This document shows, in pieces, positions 17,601-23,374 of a stretch of DNA of 32,000 nucleotides. The first letter of the stretch is position 1; every line of letters begins with the position of its first letter. The notes under the pieces were generated by a model. That model had not been told where the DNA came from and did not search any database. It was given only the letters and a program-made list of their open reading frames with translations. This DNA is from Thermodesulfobacteriota bacterium (lineage in GTDB: Bacteria; Desulfobacterota; WTBG01; JAGOGO01): the NCBI GenBank assembly GCA_026625185.1, contig CP113000.1, positions 30,001 through 62,000 on the forward strand. Direction: 5' to 3'. The position numbers were made by a program, and so were the translations under genes.

Positions 17601-17780
17601 ACCAAATTTTTGATTGAATTTTTGGGCTATCGTGGGAAGAGCCCCCCCCCTTTTTAAGTTGCGAAGTATAAAATCTGCTTTAGGAGTTGGAATAAACCAA
17701 TCGGGTTTTTCAGGTTGAAGGTAAATGGGTATGGTATCAAATGTCAATCGCCGATAAGAATCTAAAATTTTCATAGTCAT
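14679..17780 (-). CDS. Tri-domain fusion protein: radical SAM enzyme + ArsM-type As(III) SAM-methyltransferase + C-terminal Cys-rich domain
   Basis: Uninterrupted 1033-aa ORF with a TAA stop. Radical SAM part: aa 108-115 CTMTCKHC (CX3CX2C) plus FFFTGGEPFLY. ArsM-like part (aa ~505-715): YGCGSP, VDLGCGIGVEC (SAM motif I), ISNCVINLSPDK, RGECLGGA. Linker with CCC (aa 776-778). Cys-rich domain (aa ~800-1033): CVVCG..CFYCG..CDQCH..GGACSFLGICGAAMG..RCC. Confidence 0.85.
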   Translation of the reverse strand: MTMKILDSYRRLTFDTIPIYLQPEKPDWFIPTPKADFILRNLKRGGALPTIAQKFNQKFGCDFFQALLLINNLLSRFDNRRPAKYPGRRYYHQLQNLKECWFHVTDQCTMTCKHCMFSSNRKTQTSLDYGKLMNTIGEAYCLGCKVFFFTGGEPFLYAGLKEACDAILKKGDTRVVILTNGKDVRKFEGWLQKIPADRLHFQISMDGLEKAHDTIRGRGAFQALLISLRFLKKFGFPITLAMTVTRHNFQEMASIVTIAQELEINNIHYLWFFKKGKGEPHFFVPPSIIFSELRKAYEKARHQNIIIDNVESIKSQIFSLPGTKFDLSNAGWESIAVGPDETIYPSPALIGERELAAGTIADGLENVWKKSPVFKKLRTSSLIQDKKEGRNPLKFLTGGGDCDHSYIAGKTFVGADSYGELYNLIALYLLAQAAKGYEQNDKVGLVCRMGERLLVCDEKSAPVAFTHSNCFLSIPKKNLHDGVTAFYTRATESLNTDIVNPVSYPEEEISHIPSEARVCSYGCGSPILDCSLSPGETMVDLGCGIGVECFMGAKKVGSQGLIIGIDMLPVMLNRARNIAEKVATVLGFNNVRFIRGLLEEIPLPPESVDVVISNCVINLSPDKRQTFREVKRILKPGGRLCICDIVSEGNVPLEIQYNEKLRGECLGGAMKESELFALLEDLSFEKIFVQKRFLYRQIEDHKFYSLTYTACKPEPTCSQQILYRGPFNAVISDDGKIIRRGKPQHLNFPSRVSLNESFFVFDQQGTNTNVEQKATCCCSPSPEVSQARRPETGAHKSATGCVVCGKELQYLSDSHHSECFYCGRLCLSNAICVDGHFICDQCHSRDALEVIQSVCLNAPHRDMIALLQKIRTHPSLNMQGPEHHSLVPAIILSVYKNLGGNSTGQDILTAIEQGKTIVGGACSFLGICGAAMGVGIAFSIILKANPYAGEKRQIVMNITRSVAGRIARYKAARCCQRESWLALKTASQLSLKYLKHFLPAETELRCTQFNLNKECIRTGCPLWDQAGQIRAQE
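14682..15386 (-). other. C-terminal Cys-rich domain of the fusion gene (DUF5714-like / C_GCAxxG_C_C-like; uncertain)
   Basis: Two CxxC pairs plus CDQCH resemble a zinc ribbon. These are followed by GGACSFLGICGAAMGVG and RCC..C..C..C. The family assignment is from memory only. Confidence 0.35.
15636..16268 (-). other. ArsM-like methyltransferase module of the fusion gene, with three candidate As(III)-binding Cys
   Basis: Cys523 (16212-16214, YGCG), Cys615 (15936-15938, SNCVINL) and Cys665 (15786-15788, GECLGGA) were verified at codon level. They correspond, from memory, to Cys72/Cys174/Cys224 of Cyanidioschyzon ArsM (YYGCG, VSNCVINLVPDK, WGECLGGAL). Confidence 0.7.
17436..17459 (-). other. 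Radical SAM [4Fe-4S] cluster-binding triad CTMTCKHC within the fusion gene
   Basis: Checked codon by codon on the reverse complement: tgc act atg acc tgt aag cac tgt. Confidence 0.85.
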
Positions 17781-17800
17781 CTTTCGCCGTTTGCCCGCAG

Positions 17801-18817
17801 TTATTTACCGTCAAAAAGAAACTCCGGCACTGCTTCCGGCCAGACCGTATTAACGGGAATGCGCGTGCCGGCTTCAAAGCCACCGGCAATTGTCAGCCGG
17901 GGGAGGATTTGAACATACATATGGTAAAAGGGAACGTGAGACAACGGATGGGGTGCGCTGTGAAAAAAGTAGTTAAAGTCTGGATTGTTCAGTTTGGCAA
18001 TATAGGCGGAGAGAACTCTTTTTAAGGCAATGGCGATATCGGTGAGCTCAACATCAAGGATATCTTCGTAGCAGGCAAAATGACGCTTGGGGACGATCCA
18101 GATTTCGTAAGGGGCACTGGCTGCATAAGGCGAGAGGACTGCCGAATGCTCGGTTTCAAAGCCTACTCGTTCCTTAAGGTGAAGTTCATGATCCAGTATT
18201 GTACAAAGCGCACAAGTACCATTGTCATCGAAAATTTTGTCCTGGACATGCATGGCGTTGCGGATTAAAGCAGGGACAATGCGGCTGCCAACAATCTGAG
18301 AGTGAGCATGGGTCTGCGAGGCACCAGCACTGGTTCCCTGATTTTTAAAGACAATCGTGACAAGATTATTGGGATTTTCCCTAAACAGTCGAGAAATTTT
18401 TAAATAGCTATTTAAGGTATTACAAATCTCCTCCTGGGACATGGCGCCCATTGGTCGGTTATGGATTCGACTTTCAATGACCAGATAATGGTTACCACAC
18501 CCTTGGTAATAGGAATAAATTCCCGATTTTTTAAAAGGCTCAGGACCTATGGGGCAGGTGGGAAGATCATCAAATAATTTGTATTTGTTATTGATTATTT
18601 TCGTAATCCATTTATCCGGTGAGGCACCACACGTATCAATTACCTCAAGGGGAAACTTTTCTTCGTTATCCGGACAAAAAGGGCACGATGGGGTATATTC
18701 CGGATGGTTTTCCAGAGACATAGTCGTTGGAGGGGCAAGGGCCCGCGGTTTTTCTCCACGTTCCGGGGCGATGACTGCCCAATTTCCCGTCAAAAAATTT
18801 TGTCTCAACTCAGACAT
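17801..18817 (-). CDS. Second GalT-like HIT-superfamily nucleotidyltransferase/phosphorylase (divergent paralog of 410..1408)
   Basis: 338-aa ORF: ELRQNFLTGNWAVIAPERGEKP, CPFCPDNEE zinc site, HAHSQIVG catalytic HxHxQ. Its stop lies 20 nt upstream of the fusion gene's start. Confidence 0.75.
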   Translation of the reverse strand: MSELRQNFLTGNWAVIAPERGEKPRALAPPTTMSLENHPEYTPSCPFCPDNEEKFPLEVIDTCGASPDKWITKIINNKYKLFDDLPTCPIGPEPFKKSGIYSYYQGCGNHYLVIESRIHNRPMGAMSQEEICNTLNSYLKISRLFRENPNNLVTIVFKNQGTSAGASQTHAHSQIVGSRIVPALIRNAMHVQDKIFDDNGTCALCTILDHELHLKERVGFETEHSAVLSPYAASAPYEIWIVPKRHFACYEDILDVELTDIAIALKRVLSAYIAKLNNPDFNYFFHSAPHPLSHVPFYHMYVQILPRLTIAGGFEAGTRIPVNTVWPEAVPEFLFDGK

Positions 18818-18905
18818 GGTATTCCCTTCGAGAATGGTATTGTGGATAAAGTTAAACCCCAGCCAAAGATCTCTTTAATTTATGCGGTGAGGATAATTTT
18901 TTATC

Positions 18906-19619
18906 CTAGCTGAAAACTTTTATATAATCAATAAAGGAAATAGATTTTTCTCCGGTGTTATCCGAGTCGTTCATAATGGCGAGACTGGCAATTGCCGGAG
19001 GCTTATGCCCAAATGCTTCATGATAATCTTTGATGATGTTTATCTCATGGGCAGACCATTTTCCCACATTCGTGTCACCTTTATCCAGGAGTATCATTTT
19101 TGATTTTTCGGTATAGGGGCTGGTAATTATTCTTTCAAGGTATTCCTTACTTGACCAGATGTAATTCAGACTACTGTCGGGCGGGTAATCTCCATACCCA
19201 AGCCTGGCAGCTTCGTACTTTACTCTTTCGAAGAAGGGCGATGCTTCCGGGTCATATTTGAATATTATATAAATTCGAATCGGGTAATCATCCCCTTGCT
19301 TAATTTTTGGATCACCTTTTCGATACCCATTTTCTATCCTCCAACGCCATTTAATCAGAGGGTAGTCATAAACATTAAAGGTGTTGCGGTACATGATACC
19401 GGATGCGGAATTATCGCTTTCCGCTTTTAAGAAACAATTACCGGCCTCACAGGTGACGCTGTATTGGGTATATCTTTTTATTTTAGGGAAATGGAGGGGT
19501 TTCCAGTTATCGAGGCTGTTAAAGTCCTCAAGGAAAAGCACTCCTGACTCCTGGGAAAATGAGGGAAAGGTTATAAGGACGATGCCGAGAATGAGGAAAA
19601 ATGAGAAACTTTTAGACAC
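18906..19619 (-). CDS. DUF3047 family secreted protein
   Basis: 237-aa ORF whose only available start is GTG, preceded by GGAGGA. Signal peptide SKSFSFFLILGIVLITFPSFSQE. LFLEDFNSLDNWKPLHFPKIKRYTQY and a beta-rich body fit DUF3047 as recalled. 8-nt overlap with the GT2 gene's stop. Confidence 0.6.
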   Translation of the reverse strand: MSKSFSFFLILGIVLITFPSFSQESGVLFLEDFNSLDNWKPLHFPKIKRYTQYSVTCEAGNCFLKAESDNSASGIMYRNTFNVYDYPLIKWRWRIENGYRKGDPKIKQGDDYPIRIYIIFKYDPEASPFFERVKYEAARLGYGDYPPDSSLNYIWSSKEYLERIITSPYTEKSKMILLDKGDTNVGKWSAHEINIIKDYHEAFGHKPPAIASLAIMNDSDNTGEKSISFIDYIKVFS

Positions 19620-20325
19620 TGCTTCCTCCGGGGGGGTAAAATTTTGCTAATTTTGTTGGCGATATGCCAAGATAATACAAAGTTAAGAGAAACCAATTTC
19701 TCAGGGTACAGTAAATCACTCCTTCTTTTTCCCAGCGGCGCGGAGATGTAAAAACCGGTTCAGAAGATATGAAGATTTTACCCCCTGATTTTTTAATCCG
19801 CTGCATTAATTCCACATCTTCCATTAACGGGATGTCCTTATAGCCACCCAGGCTTAAAAAATAATCTTTTTTTATAAAGATGGCCTGGTCTCCGAAGGGG
19901 ATGCGGGTTAAGCGGGAACGCCAGGAAGCAACCTTGGCGATGAGTTTTAACACTACTTTATCAGATTTAATGCCAAAGTCAAAGGCTCCGCCAATATATC
20001 CATCTTCTTTCAAAATAAGGCCTGCCTGTTGAAAGGCATTGCGAGGCAGGTGAGTATCCGCATGAAGAAAAAGTAAAATTTCACCCCGGGCCAGATGAGC
20101 CCCGGCATTCATCTGCCGGGCACGTCCAGGCCCTGAAGAAAAACATTGGATATTTTTTTGATGGATCGACTTAATGGTTGTTCCCTTTGGGTCCCCATCT
20201 ACCACAATTATTTCATAAAGCTCTTTCCCTTGGAGCCGGGCAAGACTCTCCAGAAGGTCATTAATGATAGGGCCTTCGTGCAAAGCCGGAACTATAATTG
20301 AAAATTTACAGGTCGTATCCTGCAT
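19612..20325 (-). CDS. Family-2 glycosyltransferase, TIGR04283-like ('transferase 2, rSAM/selenodomain-associated', arsenosugar-biosynthesis glycosyltransferase family)
   Basis: 237-aa ORF: FSIIVPALHE, EIIVVDGDPKGTT, GRARQMNAGAHLARGEILLFLHADTHLP, FGDQAIFIKKDYF..GGY.DIPLMEDVEL, TSPRRWEKEGV. These match my recollection of that family. Confidence 0.8.
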   Translation of the reverse strand: MQDTTCKFSIIVPALHEGPIINDLLESLARLQGKELYEIIVVDGDPKGTTIKSIHQKNIQCFSSGPGRARQMNAGAHLARGEILLFLHADTHLPRNAFQQAGLILKEDGYIGGAFDFGIKSDKVVLKLIAKVASWRSRLTRIPFGDQAIFIKKDYFLSLGGYKDIPLMEDVELMQRIKKSGGKIFISSEPVFTSPRRWEKEGVIYCTLRNWFLLTLYYLGISPTKLAKFYPPGGSSV

Positions 20326-20435
20326 AGTCAGGAAAAAATTTTTGTTTCTTTATTCCAGAGCAAAAATTTGATACACTAAATTTAAAATGAGCCTGGGGAA
20401 AAAATAAAAACCTCATCCCGAAAAAGGAGTAATCC

Positions 20436-20762
20436 ATGTCTTATCATAACCAACCGGTAACCATTACCCAATTTAAGTGGGCAGGTAAACTCGGCCCGGT
20501 GCGCATTAAGACAACCTGTGACCAATGTGACCTTACCACGGCTACGCTCCAGGATATGATGGAGAATGAATTCAAGGAGAAAAAGGTCGCCTTTGAGGTT
20601 AAACCCTGGCTTGATAATCTTTTTTACTGTCTTATACGAGGCACCTGGCACGCGCCGATTATTATGGTAAATGGAAAAAAATTTTACCAGTTCAGGGAAG
20701 AAGAACCGTTGTTCGACCGCGATAAACTGGCTGAGCACGTAAAAAAAGAATTGGGAAATTGA
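20436..20762 (+). CDS. Small thioredoxin/glutaredoxin-fold protein with CxxC (CDQC) motif
   Basis: 108-aa ORF with a strong RBS (AAAGGAG 7 nt before the ATG). CDQC is followed by a helix-like stretch, then HAPIIMVNGKKF (cis-Pro plus beta-strand pattern of the Trx/Grx fold). Divergent from the GT2 operon start. Confidence 0.5.
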   Translation: MSYHNQPVTITQFKWAGKLGPVRIKTTCDQCDLTTATLQDMMENEFKEKKVAFEVKPWLDNLFYCLIRGTWHAPIIMVNGKKFYQFREEEPLFDRDKLAEHVKKELGN

Positions 20763-20880
20763 GCACGCAGGCTTTATCCCTGCTTACCTTTGAAACCGGC
20801 TTGCTTTTGTCCCCGAACCCCTAACCGTGCTGAGGCAGAAACATACCCCCTGGCCATGCTCGTCGGATATTCTATCAATT

Positions 20881-21570
20881 TCAGGGAACAAAAAAATCAT
20901 CCCTTAAGCCAATATTAATAGCCACTTTCTTAAAGCTGGTCGTTTCAACAGGTCGATTTTCTTTATCAAAGCGATCAACCTGCATGGGGAGCCAGTTTTG
21001 TTTGGAGACCTGGAGGATGTATCGTTCGAGATCATTCCCCTGGATATAATCCAAGGCCCAAAAGGTGAAGGTTATTTGATCGCCGTCCTCAGCAGCGCTA
21101 TGTTCATTTTTCTCGATTACCTGACGGTTATTTATTATGAATTTAAGAAAATGCTTCACTGCCGTCTGGTCAATCCGCTGGCCGCTGGGAGTTTTAACCA
21201 GTGAATTTTCAATGGAAAATTCAATTTTTACCCAAGGCATTGACCGAAAGGGCCTGACGGTCAAAAAGTCCGCCCCTTCCTGGTAAAAGGCCGTTGTTCC
21301 TTTAAAGGGGTGAAAGAAATCAACCCGGATCAGGCCGGCTTTATTGCAGGAGAATTTAATCCAGTAATAATCAGAAGGTTCCCCATGGTTATAAAAGTGC
21401 ACCTCGGTTTCGCAGGTCAAATTCTCTATTTTATTAAACTCAGTCACCATTTTTTTGATCACCCGGAAAACATGGTCATTGTCTGGAATCTCGGGCGGAA
21501 ATTCCAAACCGGTTCCCACCATCAACACCAGGACGATACTTGCAATAAGGTACGCTTTATGAGCTTTCAT
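20881..21570 (-). CDS. LolA-fold / outer-membrane lipoprotein-sorting-like protein (uncertain)
   Basis: 229-aa ORF with an N-terminal signal/anchor (AYLIASIVLVLMVGTG) and a beta-rich body of the expected size for LolA/DUF1571-like proteins. ATGA overlap with the upstream gene's stop. The family call is weak. Confidence 0.4.
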   Translation of the reverse strand: MKAHKAYLIASIVLVLMVGTGLEFPPEIPDNDHVFRVIKKMVTEFNKIENLTCETEVHFYNHGEPSDYYWIKFSCNKAGLIRVDFFHPFKGTTAFYQEGADFLTVRPFRSMPWVKIEFSIENSLVKTPSGQRIDQTAVKHFLKFIINNRQVIEKNEHSAAEDGDQITFTFWALDYIQGNDLERYILQVSKQNWLPMQVDRFDKENRPVETTSFKKVAINIGLRDDFFVP

Positions 21571-23087
21571 TTGAAAACAAAGTTTTTTTCAAAAAGATCC
21601 GGGGCATCGAAATACGCACGTCCTACCAGTAAAATGGCATGGTGGCCTCTCTGGCGCATTGCCCCAACCGAGGGAATCCCCATGGGAAAAAAGATAAACT
21701 CCTCCTTTGGCCTGGTCGCCCCTTTCCCAACCCCCTTATGATCAAACATGCTTGCCCATTGGCCATTTTTCTCCGACAAGGACTCCAACGTGTCATAAGG
21801 CAGAAGAGTATAACCAGGTTCACCCGGAATTGGAGAGACAGCGAGCACTCGCACCACCTGATGCCATCCGGACATGGTGCGGATACCGAACCGCTCTCCG
21901 GGGCCAAGTGAAGGGAGCCACTGGGGAACAAAGGGATCAAGGCTAAACTTTTTCGCCCTTACCTGAACCACTGATTCTCTTTTGGGAATGAAGAGGTGGT
22001 AACACCCACAGTTATTCATAATATCAACCATAAAGGGTTCACCCTGAGAATCGATCGAAACCCGGAAGGTCAACCCGTCCACATTTCCGCGTTCGATCCA
22101 GGGTGAATTTTTCCCATTTCGTTTGGGAAACCAGATGACATAATTAATTTGCAGGACCGGGGCATCTTTCACGAGAGCTTGGGTGAGGTAATAATAAATT
22201 GCTGGTTTTTCTGAATTGATGGCAAGCGCATCCCCTTTCCAAAAGACCTCTCCAAATTTATCGTAATCGGCCACGATATCCTGAATAATGACCGGGGCAA
22301 AAAAGGAGGCGACCTTTTGTGTCACTTCTTCAGTCAACCACGGAACCCCCAGAGAATTTCTTTTCGACCTCTCGAGGAGCAACCGAATCTCTTGTTTATT
22401 CAAAGGGGGCCCTGACGCAGGGCCAAACCGGACCAACTTTCCCAGTATGGGGAGATCATCAAACTCAATCTGATAGGTTGATTTAAATTTTTTATGAATC
22501 TGATCAGTCCCCCGGATAACCGGAATCAAAAAACCCGGGTAAAAACCAATGATCCGCCTCATCACCGAGTATTCATCCGGTATGGTGAGCCGGGACACAA
22601 ACGCTTCATAAAGCCCGGGCTGGGATTTTTCAGACGTATAGAGTTTATCGGAGCAAAATTCCATTTGTTTGATCAGACCGTCGCGGTCTGGGTTCCCATC
22701 CTTGACAAAACCGAGTGCCACCACCGCTTCATGAGGAAGGTTTTGGATTTCTTTTTTTCTCGCGTTCAGGTTTAATTGACGCATCCACTCAATTACCTGT
22801 TCTTTTTGGGGATCGTCCTTGATTTTTTCAGCCACGCAAGCAAGAAAACGATTAGTTCGAAGGTAGGGGAAATCAGGTACCGGAAAAGTGGAGGCATCCT
22901 TTACTCCGGTATTAATCACGGCTTTATCCAAACGAGCAAGAAATTCCTGGCTCTCCTTTGACCTTCCCAACAAAAAGCCGGCCTTGAAACATTCCAGGGT
23001 AGCACAACCGCATCCCAAAAAAATGAGCAGAACCAATAAGAGCCGCCAGGGCCGGATGGGTTTTTTGGTGCCTTCAAAAGTTTTCAT
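21567..23087 (-). CDS. Conserved hypothetical lipoprotein (506 aa), no family recognised
   Basis: Long ORF with a lipobox-like signal (LLLVLLIFLGCGC). Its start lies 8 nt after the stop of the desaturase remnant frame. Coding-like composition. Confidence 0.6.
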   Translation of the reverse strand: MKTFEGTKKPIRPWRLLLVLLIFLGCGCATLECFKAGFLLGRSKESQEFLARLDKAVINTGVKDASTFPVPDFPYLRTNRFLACVAEKIKDDPQKEQVIEWMRQLNLNARKKEIQNLPHEAVVALGFVKDGNPDRDGLIKQMEFCSDKLYTSEKSQPGLYEAFVSRLTIPDEYSVMRRIIGFYPGFLIPVIRGTDQIHKKFKSTYQIEFDDLPILGKLVRFGPASGPPLNKQEIRLLLERSKRNSLGVPWLTEEVTQKVASFFAPVIIQDIVADYDKFGEVFWKGDALAINSEKPAIYYYLTQALVKDAPVLQINYVIWFPKRNGKNSPWIERGNVDGLTFRVSIDSQGEPFMVDIMNNCGCYHLFIPKRESVVQVRAKKFSLDPFVPQWLPSLGPGERFGIRTMSGWHQVVRVLAVSPIPGEPGYTLLPYDTLESLSEKNGQWASMFDHKGVGKGATRPKEEFIFFPMGIPSVGAMRQRGHHAILLVGRAYFDAPDLFEKNFVFK

Positions 23088-23095
23088 ATAAAACC

Positions 23096-23374
23096 TCAGG
23101 TAGTTGGTTTAATTAGTTGTTTTTTTCTTAACGCCGAAGGCCAAGTAAAATCCACGCCGTAGGATTGACTGAGTAAATTACTCGAAATACGGGCGGATTC
23201 GTAAATCGTAGGGAGCCCGCTTCCTGGGTGCGTGCCGCCACCAACGAGATAACAGTGTTCAAGTTCTTCGAACTTATTGCGCGGCCGAAAATATAAAAGC
23301 TGTCTAAAGGTGTGGGCAAGGTTGAAAGTCGCTCCGATGTAAACATTATACGTATTTTTCACTCGCTTTGGGGG
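23096..23374 (-). pseudogene. Orphan 3' fragment of a CrtI-type phytoene/dehydrosqualene desaturase (C-terminal FAD-binding motif), in the +1 frame relative to the upstream desaturase ORF
   Basis: The translation YNVYIGATFNLAHTFRQLLYFRPRNKFEELEHCYLVGGGTHPGSGLP matches the CrtI C-terminal signature (Pantoea: [49 protein letters not shown]). There is no N-terminal part in this frame. Confidence 0.6.

Noticed and set aside
14679-17780. Possible selenocysteine (in-frame TGA) in the radical SAM fusion, by analogy with ArsS-type selenoproteins
   Set aside because: The ORF is continuous with no internal TGA and ends at TAA. No readthrough candidate or SECIS-like hairpin was evident.
20382-20738. 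118-aa minus-strand ORF antisense to the thioredoxin-fold gene
   Set aside because: No recognisable motif and no RBS. It fully overlaps a plus-strand ORF that has a strong AAAGGAG RBS and a coherent CxxC/cis-Pro fold signature, so it is probably a shadow ORF.
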